Of a DNA stretch of 64,000 bases, positions 43,952 through 54,498 are shown piece after piece; position 1 is the stretch's first letter, and every line of letters starts with the position of its first letter. The DNA is taken from NCBI GenBank assembly GCA_964019335.1, contig OZ025661.1, positions 124,001-188,000 of the forward strand, in the 5' to 3' direction. Origin of the DNA: Diplonema japonicum. Its lineage: Eukaryota > Protista > Euglenozoa: Diplonemea. A program made the translations under genes and the position numbers. The notes below the pieces were generated by a model. It did not search any database. It had not been told where the DNA came from and saw nothing but the letters and a program-made list of their open reading frames with translations.

Positions 43952-46180
43952 CTAGAAGAGTGCCTCCAAAGGGTTCACCAATGCAGGGTGCTCCTCCACC
44001 TCCTTCTTCGCTCTGACCACCTCGACGACGGACCCATCGACTAGCCCCTTGCAGTCCCGTACTGCCGTGTCGCCTGTGTTAACGACACGGTCTGTGGGTG
44101 TGACGTACAGGTGCTGCTCCGAGGGAGGTATCGGGAATTTTGAAGATATCTTCTCCCGCAGCTCGTCGAGCGTCGAAGAGTACGGTATCTCCAGCAGCAC
44201 AGAAACGTCCTCATGTACGACGGTCAGCTGGAGAGAGGACTGGACCGCAGCGCAGCATATCAGCCCACACACAACACAGAACAGAAGACAACAAACAACC
44301 ACCAAAAGGTAAATCCACCACGGAACGGAAGATGACGAAGGGGAGGGCGTTGGAAAGGTTCCATTCCCGCCGCCCGACGTAGCCGACCGCACGAACGGCG
44401 TCGACACAGACGACAGCTGCGACAATGCTGACCCAGTCCTGAATGCCGCAGTGCTGTAGAGGACTCCCTCTGCAACAGATGTGAACGGGATGGAGTAGAC
44501 GAGCCTGAAGTTGAGGTTCTTCCCCGCCGATAGTATTTTACAGTCAACAACACCGATCTCGACCTCCGTGCAGACCACTCCTGCCATACCATCCTCAGGG
44601 AGATACCGTACCCCAGATGTCACCTCGCCGATGACCTCTGTGTCGATCCTCAGCACTACTCCAGTGTACCCAGACACAACATCCACTTCCAAGACCAGGA
44701 TATCGTAGCTTGCCAAGCATTCCCCTCTCCCGAACGGGGTTTCAGTCCACTTGCAGTGTGCGGTGCATAGCGTGGAACCCAATGACAGACATGTCACCTT
44801 CGAGAACATGCCCTGCAGTGCAATGCCCCCGGAAGGGGTCGTGATCAACGCCGAGACGTTCATATCCCTCTCGTACTGAGCCTCAGGCACGCGGAGCGTG
44901 GATTCCAGAAGAACTTCTGTACCAGGGGTCAATGATGCTTTTGGAGAGAAGGTAAGCTCCACAACAACCCCAGCATGGCGTTGCAGCGTGAAGTCACATG
45001 TAACACTGGCAGATGAAGAAGCGGAGCATGACCCTGAAGGCGAGACAGTTAAAGGGACGGATGACACGTCAGTAAGCTTGGCTGTTAAAGTAACACGTTC
45101 TTGAATAGTGCCTTCGTTGCCGACTGTTATCGTAGCGGTGCTGCTGCCCCCGCTGACGAGGGTCGGGATGGCTAGACTCATGTCTATCTTGGAGTGCACG
45201 CGGACCCCGTTTGAGATTCTATCCTTCTCTTCGTACGTCACACCACCATTTCGTGACAAGCAGAAGTACAGCACGCCATCACGCTCGGGGGCGAACACCG
45301 CAACAAGCCCTGGTGACAAGGACGAGGGCTCCACACCCAACGTGTCGCCTGTGCAGTCTCTTCGGATAGATCCTTTCAATCGAAAGTTCGATAGCACGCT
45401 GCCGAGCAGCCCCAACAGCGAGGGCGCAACCAGACGCACGCTCAAAGCACTGCCTGCAATCTGACCGGACACCGGTTCAGCCATTATAACAGGAGGCAAG
45501 ACTTCAAGGAAAAAAGTTATATCGGGCTTGATAGGAACAACATGGTAGGTTTGGTTCTCAACAGAAATGCAAGGAACAGCACGGGCGGCTTCGTGGGATG
45601 GTGTCCACGAAACGATCAGGCTGGGAGGGAGTTGTATAGGTTGAAGACCTGCGATCGAGTCATCACATAGAGGTGATGACGAGAACTTCATAGAGAGGTG
45701 AGGCGCGGCTGGGTCCAAAGGGAGGCTGGTTATAACCCTGTTTTTGTATGCAGATCTTACAGATAAGGTTGTTGAGAAAACCTCATGCGATCGCAGGGTA
45801 GTAGTATTCAGGAATGTTGACATTGTGAAGCACATTGAAGGGGCGAAGCGTTGGTCGCACCAGGATGAAGGTTCAAGGACGCAGCTGCCAGAACATCCGT
45901 CCTGGCTGAAGGTGTTCCCATCGTCGCAGGATTCTGATCCTACTGTCATGCTGTCGCCGCAGATTGCGACACACAAGGTGCCTGTGCAATCCCAGCCTCT
46001 CTCTACTTGGCAGTTTTCATCACACCCGTCTCCAGGTGTTGTGTCACCATCGTCGCATCCTTCCAGGAGCGTCTTCACACCATCGCCACAAGGTAGCTGT
46101 AGGGTCTCTGTCTCAGTTGGCTGGCCGGATGTGTGGCATATGTAACATAGAAGTGCAACGAGGCTTACGCGGTGTATCAT
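43952..46180 (-). CDS. Type I membrane protein with Myxococcus-type Cys-rich repeats and cytoplasmic ubiquitin-like domain
   Basis: Signal peptide, CGDG..EGCDDG..GDGC repeats, Cys-rich TM, then TLDELREKISSKFPIPPSEQHLY..GLVDGSVV. Confidence 0.8.
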   Translation of the reverse strand: MIHRVSLVALLCYICHTSGQPTETETLQLPCGDGVKTLLEGCDDGDTTPGDGCDENCQVERGWDCTGTLCVAICGDSMTVGSESCDDGNTFSQDGCSGSCVLEPSSWCDQRFAPSMCFTMSTFLNTTTLRSHEVFSTTLSVRSAYKNRVITSLPLDPAAPHLSMKFSSSPLCDDSIAGLQPIQLPPSLIVSWTPSHEAARAVPCISVENQTYHVVPIKPDITFFLEVLPPVIMAEPVSGQIAGSALSVRLVAPSLLGLLGSVLSNFRLKGSIRRDCTGDTLGVEPSSLSPGLVAVFAPERDGVLYFCLSRNGGVTYEEKDRISNGVRVHSKIDMSLAIPTLVSGGSSTATITVGNEGTIQERVTLTAKLTDVSSVPLTVSPSGSCSASSSASVTCDFTLQRHAGVVVELTFSPKASLTPGTEVLLESTLRVPEAQYERDMNVSALITTPSGGIALQGMFSKVTCLSLGSTLCTAHCKWTETPFGRGECLASYDILVLEVDVVSGYTGVVLRIDTEVIGEVTSGVRYLPEDGMAGVVCTEVEIGVVDCKILSAGKNLNFRLVYSIPFTSVAEGVLYSTAAFRTGSALSQLSSVSTPFVRSATSGGGNGTFPTPSPSSSSVPWWIYLLVVVCCLLFCVVCGLICCAAVQSSLQLTVVHEDVSVLLEIPYSSTLDELREKISSKFPIPPSEQHLYVTPTDRVVNTGDTAVRDCKGLVDGSVVEVVRAKKEVEEHPALVNPLEALF

Positions 46181-46688
46181 TTCTCTTTTATTTTTATTTT
46201 TTTTTTCATGTTTTCTTTTTTTCCTTTTTGTTGTTGTTGTTGTGTACGAGTTTTCTTTTTATTTGCTGGAAAAAAAAAAAGAGAAAAAAAAAGGGGGGGA
46301 AAGGGAAACCGGTCCGGCTCTTCTTTTCTGCTTGTCGCATTAAAGGGAGGGGGGGGTATGAAAAACGAATGGGGTAGGGATTGTGCGAGATGAGAAAAAA
46401 AAAAGAAAGGTGCCCTTCCCTCCCTAGGTAGTGCCCATTTCTTTCCCCATTCCCCCCCCCCTCCCCCTCTCATTTTTTAGGAAAGCGTTTTGATGCTGTA
46501 TCAAATAATATAAAAAAAAAATAATTTGCCAAAAAGAAGTCTACTAGTTCCTCCCCCGTTTCTTTCTTTCTTTCTTTTTTTTTTTTTTTTTTGCGAGCGA
46601 ATGAAATGAAAGAAGGAAAAAAAAAGGGGGGGATCTTTTTTCTTTCTTTTGTTTGAATTTACCTAAAGTTGAAAATAAAGGTGTCTTG

Positions 46689-47392
46689 AAGGGAACCTGC
46701 AGTATGTGACAGGATCGTCTAACGACAATCAACTCATCTAGTGTTTGATCCCTTCTGTCGTGGTAGTGCCTTAGGCCCGTCGTAGTTTCTCATCAGCAGC
46801 TTGGGCGTGAAACCAACTAGCGAGTTGTTGAGGATGCAATGCGTTCGCATTTGTTCCTCTAGGATCGAGTGGGTGACCTTCGGGGACGCGAAGATCGGAC
46901 GAGTGGAGTAGCCAGTGACGGCATGGCTGTGGAGCCCTAGGGTGCGTAGTGAGTGTACTGACTTCTAGTTTCTGCCGGAATCAGATGATTCCCCGTACCT
47001 TTTAGATGGATCCTTTCTAAGACGCTGAGAATCCTGCCGAGCTTTCTCGCCCAGCATGCTATGTCTTCACCACCCATGTGGAGCCTTTCCGTTGCAATGA
47101 GGTCGACTGCCAGTTCCGCCTTAGAAACTTGCCCGCTGTCCTCGCCCCATTTTAGGGCCTTTAGCCCGTTGAGGACAAATGGGATTAGGCCTGGGAAGTA
47201 TTTCTTCTGCAGCCCATGCTCGTGGTACCAAGGGAGAGGTTTCGGGGTTAAGAGGTTCCCAGGTCGGAATGGTCTATTCCAGAAATGCTGTTTGGAGTAC
47301 CTGACCTGCTTGTCGGCGTGCAAGTTCTAGCATCAGGTGGAGCTCCTTGACTCTCGATAGGCTGATGTCTAAGTCCGAGGTAATGATGCCGT
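46689..47392 (-). mobile_element. 5'-truncated 3' end of a probable non-LTR retrotransposon
   Basis: Frameshifted ORF ending GPKALPRQKGSNTR* (stop 46734-46736), homologous to 3635-4020, with the 3' hairpin at 46696-46713. Boundaries are approximate. Confidence 0.6.
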
Positions 47393-48177
47393 GTTAATAA
47401 AAATAAAGCGGATTTTCAATCGGCAAATAAAAAAAAAAATCACAGGGAAAAAAAAAAAGAGTAGGCGATTGGTAGTACAAACCGTGGCCCAATTGGTTGT
47501 CACTACTCTTTTTAAGCAAGACTTTTAAACAAAAAAGACAAAAGTATAGTTGTTAAGGGGCAGAATCTAATTTTATTCAGAATAATAATAAAAGAAAAAA
47601 AGGGAGGGAAAGTCGCGTTTCGACACAGCCTGTGTCTGGACACCCTTTTTTTTCGTTGTTGTTTTTTGTTGTTTTTGTTGTTGTTTTATTCCCCTCTTTT
47701 TTATCCTAAAGATATCTTTAAGGTGGTCTTCCCCTGCTAAGCTGGTTTCAAGGATGAACAAAACTAATTATCAGCAGAATATCTAAAGGTATTTTAGTTT
47801 TATTGCTTTTTTCTTTTTTTTTTTCTCTTTCAAACTCGGAGGGGAGGAAAAAAAAAGAAGAAAAAAAGAGGAGGGAAAAAAAAAGAGGGGAAAAAAACCC
47901 ATTTGAAAAGAACAAGAAAGTTGCCATAGTTGGGAAGGGAGAAGGTGGGGAGGGGGTATTTTTACTAGATTTAAAAAAAAAAAAGAAAATTAAAAAAAAA
48001 AAAAAAAAACAAAACAAAACAAAAACCCCGTTCTCCTTGCCATCATATTTTCCTTCTTTTCCTTCAAAAAAAAAAGAAGAAAAAAACCCCCACCCTCCCC
48101 CTCCTGTGTAGAATAACTCGTTTGCATCGCTTCAGCTTTTAAACGGGTGAAAGGAAACTCACCCCTTTTAAAAAAAA

Positions 48178-48754
48178 AATAACTATTTATTGCCAACAAA
48201 TAATGAGTCATTATTTAACTCGAGTTCCCGAATTTTTTGCACGAGGGCCCGCAGGGCCCGAGTGCAAAAAAACGGGTAACGAGTGTTAAATAATGGCTCA
48301 TTTGGCGGCAAGTAAGTCGTTTTATTTCACTCTTCGTCATTTGAGTCACTCACTCTTCACTGCTTTCACTGCTGTTTTTTTTCACGCAGGTCAGCTTTTT
48401 GGGGATTTTCCTAAGGTAATACAGGGTAGCTATTTCGCCGTGGCATTTAAAGGGGAAGTAAGGCACTTATTCCCACTTTTAAGGGCTGGAATGGCCTCAG
48501 ATGGCCAAAAATAGTCAAAATACCCCCACCCCAAAAAAATTTTTCAAGGGGTTGGGTGCATTTTTTTCCACGACAAGACCCATTTTTTCACTCTGAAGGG
48601 CCATTATTTAACTGCAAAATCTCATTATTTAACTAGTTAAATAATGGCGATTTCGCGTTAAATAATGGCCGTTTCGCGTTAAATAATGGCCATTTCGCGT
48701 TAAATAATGAGGCCCCTAGTGAGTGAAGAAAATGACGAAGAGTGAAATAAAGAA
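48178..48754. mobile_element. Non-autonomous hairpin/asymmetric-IR element B (Crypton-like, tentative)
   Basis: Hairpin ~48187-48315 with apex CACGAGGGCCC-GCA-GGGCCCGAGTG. Perfect 22-bp IR 48321-48342 / 48730-48751. 21-bp tandem repeats near the right end. Termini shared with element A. Confidence 0.7.
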
Positions 48755-49154
48755 ATTTTCACTTATGGGCAGGACTGCCCCCAGTATATTTTGCCCTATC
48801 AGTACATAAATAGTTCACATTGGGGCTTTCAACTTGATACCCCGCGTTCTCTGGCGATCACACGTTAGAACAGAAAGAAAAAAAAGAGAGAGAAAAAAGG
48901 GGGGAAACCACTTCATTATTTTTTTTCTTCATTTTCTTTATTCAGTTTTGATCCATGGAAGTGCGTGGGGGGGGGGGGGGGGGGGGGGGGAGAGGGAGTA
49001 GACATAAAGAATCAGTATTTTAGCAATTTTTTTTTTTTATTTTTTTTTTTATACAAGCTTATTCTTTCCGCCTTTTTTCCGGCCGTTTAGTTGCACGCAC
49101 ACACGCAAAAGAAGCCTAAAACATATGAAACCGCCTGTCCCCGAAAAGTGTCTC

Positions 49155-49190
<36 letters not shown>

Positions 49191-49583
49191 GAATAAGGGA
49201 GTCAAAAAAAAAGGGTCAATTTTTCTTTAGAAAACACGTTTTTACAACAAGTGTTCCATTACCTTTTAGTAAAGCGCCCTATGTCCCTGTTCAGTTTTTT
49301 TTCTCTTCCCTCCCCCCTTTTTTTTTCTTTGCTCAAATATTCAAGACAACAAGTTTGAGAACAACAACAAAAATTCCTCCCAAAAAAAAAGTAGACTCTT
49401 TACCGGCGGGCGTGCTCATCGGTTTTTTTTTTTTTTTTTTTTTTTTTTTCCTTCTTCCTTCCTTTTTTTTTTAAATTCGTGTGGAGGGGAGGGGAGGGGG
49501 GGGGTCAGTATAGAAAAAAAAATAGAAAAACAAAACTTTTTTTTTTTGGCACATTTTTTTTTTTTTTTTTTCCCTCCCCATAT

Positions 49584-50399
49584 TCAACAACAGTACCTCA
49601 ACAGCCACGCGGAGCGGATGTTAAACGACTTCAACGCCACAGAAAACGGATTTCTACCAGTATTGTCCTTCTGAGAGGGGTTCGCTCCAAGACGCAGCAG
49701 CTCGGGGACGGTCCCTGTAGTACCATAAAGGATGGCATTGTGCAAAGGCGTCCGGCCTATGAGGTCAGGAAGGGCCAGGTCCGCCCCAAGGTTAACTAAC
49801 AAAGTCATGGAGGGAACAGAAGAAGATTCGATAATGGCAACTTGTAGGGGAGTTAAACCATTTTTGTCCAGCCTGTTTATGTTTGCACCAAACTGAACTA
49901 AAAGCTCAATGCTCTCCGTGGACCCCAGTCTAGAAGCATGGTGCAGAGCCGTCCTATTCAAAAAGCTATTCTCGCATACATCCACATCTATCCCCAACAG
50001 CACAAGCAATTCCAATGCTTCCAAACAGTGGCAAGCTGCGTATTGAACCACATCGGCGCAGGCTGCTCCCGCATAGTACAGGAGCTCTACGTTGTAGTTA
50101 CGCCCTGCTTCGATTTCTCCTATCATTTTTGCGGCCCCGATGTTTGTGATGCCCCTTTCTTTTAATTGCCTGATGGCCTCTTCTTTCGGGAGGCCCTTCC
50201 TTTTGTTTACTTTGAACTCCTCGCCCATCTGCATTCCTGTGTATTCGCACTCCTCCACCTCGAGTTCCATCCTGTCCTTCGGCACTCCCGTTGCTCGCTC
50301 GACCTTGTCGCAGAATTCCATGTAGTCATCCGTCTCACTTATGTCAATTTCGTATCTCTCGTTATCAGGTGTGACTGCCAGTACTGTGACAAACGACAT
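49584..50399 (-). CDS. Ubiquitin-like domain + ankyrin-repeat protein
   Basis: N-terminal KVERATGVPKDRMEL (UBL-like), then TALHHA, TPLQVA and TPLHNA ankyrin repeats. Start at MSFVTV. Confidence 0.82.
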   Translation of the reverse strand: MSFVTVLAVTPDNERYEIDISETDDYMEFCDKVERATGVPKDRMELEVEECEYTGMQMGEEFKVNKRKGLPKEEAIRQLKERGITNIGAAKMIGEIEAGRNYNVELLYYAGAACADVVQYAACHCLEALELLVLLGIDVDVCENSFLNRTALHHASRLGSTESIELLVQFGANINRLDKNGLTPLQVAIIESSSVPSMTLLVNLGADLALPDLIGRTPLHNAILYGTTGTVPELLRLGANPSQKDNTGRNPFSVALKSFNIRSAWLLRYCC

Positions 50400-50465
50400 T
50401 TTTTTTTTTTTGGTTTTTTCTTTTTGTCTTTTTCCGCCTTCTCTTTTCCCCTCTCGCCACACCCT

Positions 50466-50501
<36 letters not shown>

Positions 50502-51286
50502 CCCTTCAAAAACCCGGTTTTAAAAATCAACAAATAAATAGCAAGCATCATTTGGGGGGGAGGGGTTTTTTATTTTGAAAAAGAAAAAAAAATAGGTCGG
50601 CAGTAAGAAAAGAGAGTCTTTTTAATTATTATTTTTTTGTGTTTTAAATTTTGCTTTCTTACTACAAACTACTTTTTTTTCCCCCATGTTTCGTAGGGGT
50701 GGGGGGTAGGGAAGTTTTTTTGGTTAAAGTTTTTTCTTTTTTTCTTTTTTCTTTCGTACGATATTGTACAAAGAAGAAAAAAAAGGAGGATATCGAGAAA
50801 AGAGAGGAAGAAGGGAACTGTACGTTCCTTTTTTTTTTCTTTTTTTTTCTCCCTTCTTATTTCTTCCTTTGTTTCTTTTTGCTTTCTAAGTTTTATTTTT
50901 TTCTATTTTTTTTTTTCCACCCCACGTTTACACGCAAGCTAAAAAAAAATATATGAAAAAAAAAAGAAGGGAAGAAACAAGAAGGGAGGACATTCCGGAG
51001 GCAGGCTGAGGCCAAGATATATTTTTTAATTTCGAATTTGTTATTTCTTTCCTGTCAGCCTTCTTGTGTGAGAAGGAAGACGAATTTTGCGTTTTTTTTC
51101 TAAATAAAAGAGGAGGGGTCATGAAAAAAAAAAAAGCAAGCAACCAACCGTGTGAAACCCCGATTGCCTTTTGTTCTTTTTTTCTTTTCTTTTCCCCTCT
51201 TATTTCTTTTTTATTCTCGTTTTGTTTATTTTTTTTTTTTCGTTTTTTCTTTATTTTTCGTTCTCAAATTTCTCGTTTGAGGGGCG

Positions 51287-51320
<34 letters not shown>

Positions 51321-51523
51321 GAGGCTAAAGATAGAAAACAAATAAAAAGAGGAACTGGCCGTTGTTTGTACGTGCCGGATAAATAAATAAAAAAAAAAGA
51401 GATCACAACAACAACAAAAAAAAAACTCCACATGCGAACAAAAAAGAAAAAAAAAAAAAAAAAAAAAAAACAACAACAACAACAAAAATATAAGTTTAAA
51501 GAAGGTCTTTCAGAGACAACTCA

Positions 51524-53137
51524 TCAGTTGTTAACCAAAGGAACCTTGACCGGAGGGGCAGCAGGCGACCTAATAACAACAGGGTTCTTGTTAAAAGACT
51601 CGTTCAGCTGCTGCGGGGACCTCTTCTTCTTGAACGAGACAGAATGAAACGTGTGGGGGTTCGCTGCCGCATCGTGTGCGTCCTTCTGTGGCTGATTCGC
51701 GAAGCACACAGGCGGTGCCTCCTGCTTGTAAGGGGACCACGTACCGGCCCTTGCCTCAACGAGATCTTCCACAAACATTACAATCTTTTCAACAGTAACA
51801 TTTGGCATCACCACCACATGCGCAATATCGCCCATGCAAGCAAGCTGCCAGTGTTTCACGAACTTTTGAGGTGGCCTTGAGAACACTACGGTGGTGGACC
51901 TCTCGTTGAGCATAGCCTTAACACCCCTGTCCTTCAAAAGGTTGAACAAAAGCCTTGCATTTGCATGGCAAAGCTTGACCTTTGCCTTCAAAGCATCAAC
52001 CCCGCCCTTCTGCAGCGAGTACCATAAGAAGATAGGAGCGTGGCCGTTTCTGGAACCCATGATAGTGGTGTCGACAGAGTTCAAGTATTCCACTTCTTGT
52101 GTTACGTTTTTGAGGTTGTCCTTTCTGCAGATGACCACTCCGCACGGCATGGGGCACCCGAGGAACTTGTGACCGGAAACACACATTGAGTGGATCTTCT
52201 TCGTGAAATCGACCTGTTCGAACTCCTTCATGAACGGGAGCATCAAGGCGTACAGTGCCCCGTCGCAGTGGATGTACCACTCCTCCTCTTTGTAACCTGT
52301 TGTGACCAGCTTGTCGACGATGCTGTCGACGGAGTCAACAGCACCCTTAACAGTCGTTCCGATGTTGGCCACGACGATGGCGGGGACACCTTTGTTCTCA
52401 GCAAGCTCCCTTTGCAGGTGAGCGTAGTCCATCTCACCGCTGTCGGTGGAATCAATCATTCTGTACTGCATTCTGTAGTAGTTGCAGGCTTTGAAGACGG
52501 AATAGTGGGAATCCTTTGAAGCGTACAGGATACCCGTGGGGTGCATTTCCCTTGCGCAGAGGATGGAGTGGAGGTTGCCCTCTGTCCCGCACGATGTGAC
52601 GTACCCCCAGTACTCGCCTTCCGGGATGTGCCACATCTCTGCGAAGAATGCAAGAACGTCCAGTTCGAACTTCCTGGAGTGCACGCCGTAGTTGGACTCG
52701 ATGAAGGGGTCGCCCAGGTTGTTGATGGAGTACTGCATCACGTCGAAGATCTCTTGGTGGTCGTAGTGGAGGTTGTAAGGGTACCCGAAGTGGAACTTGG
52801 AGCGGTCCTCAAGGTACTCCCTGTACTCGTGGAGCACGTTGGTGACCAGCTGGTCGTGTGTCACTGCGTCTTGCTTCTCGACGATCACCTTGAAGCGCTT
52901 CCTGTCGCGGAACTCAACGAAGACAACGTCGAGCTGGTCCTGCGTGCTGACCAGTACCTTGTCGCCGTCCTCGTCGTAGTACTTCACCTTGTCCACGCTG
53001 GCACCGGCAGCCTTCCCGATCACTTCAAGGAACTCGCCGATCTTGATACCCTCCTCTACGCGAACCTTCACAAGGTCGCCGTGCTCGCACAGGCCGTCGC
53101 TTTCCCACGACTTTCCGATCTTCACGAGGTACGTCAT
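51524..53137 (-). CDS. SDC: Serine decarboxylase-like group II PLP enzyme with N-terminal PB1 domain
   Basis: GYPYNL, NNLGDPFIESNYGVHSR, CGTEGNLH, SGHKFLGCPMPCG (PLP lysine) and GSRNGH as in plant serine decarboxylase. YYDEDGDKVLVSTQDQL is a PB1 OPCA motif. Confidence 0.88.
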   Translation of the reverse strand: MTYLVKIGKSWESDGLCEHGDLVKVRVEEGIKIGEFLEVIGKAAGASVDKVKYYDEDGDKVLVSTQDQLDVVFVEFRDRKRFKVIVEKQDAVTHDQLVTNVLHEYREYLEDRSKFHFGYPYNLHYDHQEIFDVMQYSINNLGDPFIESNYGVHSRKFELDVLAFFAEMWHIPEGEYWGYVTSCGTEGNLHSILCAREMHPTGILYASKDSHYSVFKACNYYRMQYRMIDSTDSGEMDYAHLQRELAENKGVPAIVVANIGTTVKGAVDSVDSIVDKLVTTGYKEEEWYIHCDGALYALMLPFMKEFEQVDFTKKIHSMCVSGHKFLGCPMPCGVVICRKDNLKNVTQEVEYLNSVDTTIMGSRNGHAPIFLWYSLQKGGVDALKAKVKLCHANARLLFNLLKDRGVKAMLNERSTTVVFSRPPQKFVKHWQLACMGDIAHVVVMPNVTVEKIVMFVEDLVEARAGTWSPYKQEAPPVCFANQPQKDAHDAAANPHTFHSVSFKKKRSPQQLNESFNKNPVVIRSPAAPPVKVPLVNN

Positions 53138-53234
53138 TTTTCTTTTTTTCTTTTTTCTTTTGATCTTTTTAGGGGTTGGTATTTCTTTTTATATTTTGGA
53201 AGGGAAAAAAAAAAAAGGAAGGGGGGGGGAAAGG

Positions 53235-54383
53235 TCACTGCCGCCCCTCCAATATAGCTATCTGTCTGTCGTCAAGCACATAACCCTCATCACGCAGCAG
53301 ACGACACACTTCTGATGAATGGATGCGACGCATCTCACTTATGGAGCGCAAGGTGGCGTCTGTGGCTGGGCCGTCGCTGGTTGCGAGGGCCTCCTTGAGG
53401 GCCATGAAGCAGAGGCTGTAGGAGGGGTGTTCGAAGTGCAGGGCTACAGTGCTGTAAGCACTGCGGAAGAGATCGTGCTGCTTTGCGATGTGAAAACCTC
53501 GGAGCAGCTCGTAGAAGACATGCTCGTCAGGATCAACAATGTTGCTGAAGATGGCCTGGCATCGCTGATAGTTGCCCACCACAGCATGCACCGACATCAG
53601 CGACGTGAGCACTGTCTTAGACACAGTACCTAACCCGAACTTGGACTGAATCAACATATCTGCGTGTTCAGCGTCGTGTGCGGACCTGCACAACTTAAGG
53701 TACTGCGAGGCAATACCCGGATTCACAACACGAAGCTTCTCCACCCACACCCACCCCTCTGCAGGCGTCTCGGATGCCAAAATATTTGCCTCCACATAAC
53801 GATCGGACGGGTAGAACGGTGTAAAATCCTTCAAAATCGAAATGATATCTTTAGAATGCCCGTGTTTCTTCTTCTCCGAGAGGATCTCTATGGCCATCAT
53901 CGCGATGTATATGTCGATACCAGTTTTAAGAGACTCCTTCCAAGCTGAGAAGAACTCATCATAAAGACGGCATTTCTTCAAAGCACGGCAGCGATGGGTG
54001 TGGGAGGCGAGGATGGGGACCACACCCTCTGCCTGCATCATTTCCCATATGTTTTGCACCGTTTTCGACTGTAGATGTGACAAGCGTTTCAACGCTGCGT
54101 TGTAGCTCAGCACCCCGAACGCTGGGCCGTGCTGCGCCTTGAGCATACCTATCTCGTCGAACACCATGCCTATGCTGTTTTTCACAAACGTCTTTTCCAT
54201 CCCAGACATCCCGAGCCCGTCCCTCCTCTTTCCCCACTTCCTTTCCATCGAGTCTGCAATCTCTCTGTCAGACAGATGCTTGCATCCTTGCGTTGGTACA
54301 AAGGGTGTCGCCGGCCGTTTCTCAATGCGCATCTTCACGTCATGAAACCATCGTCGGTATGCCGACCTTCGGGCAGCTATCAT
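53235..54383 (-). CDS. PPR-like helical repeat protein, probably mitochondrial
   Basis: Arg-rich presequence-like start MIAARRSAYRRWF. SYNAALK...WEMMQAEGVVP and PDEHVFYELL are PPR-like. Confidence 0.7.
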   Translation of the reverse strand: MIAARRSAYRRWFHDVKMRIEKRPATPFVPTQGCKHLSDREIADSMERKWGKRRDGLGMSGMEKTFVKNSIGMVFDEIGMLKAQHGPAFGVLSYNAALKRLSHLQSKTVQNIWEMMQAEGVVPILASHTHRCRALKKCRLYDEFFSAWKESLKTGIDIYIAMMAIEILSEKKKHGHSKDIISILKDFTPFYPSDRYVEANILASETPAEGWVWVEKLRVVNPGIASQYLKLCRSAHDAEHADMLIQSKFGLGTVSKTVLTSLMSVHAVVGNYQRCQAIFSNIVDPDEHVFYELLRGFHIAKQHDLFRSAYSTVALHFEHPSYSLCFMALKEALATSDGPATDATLRSISEMRRIHSSEVCRLLRDEGYVLDDRQIAILEGRQ

Positions 54384-54498
54384 ACGGCCTGAGAGGGGTG
54401 TTTTGTGGCAATGAGAATATGGAAAATAAAAAAATAAAAATGTGCAAGATGGTGTGCCAGAAGAGGCAAGAAATAATAAAAAGGGGGGAAAGGTCAAT

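Noticed and set aside
48638-48710. CRISPR-like direct repeats
   Set aside because: Contiguous 21-bp tandem units without unique spacers, inside a mobile element.
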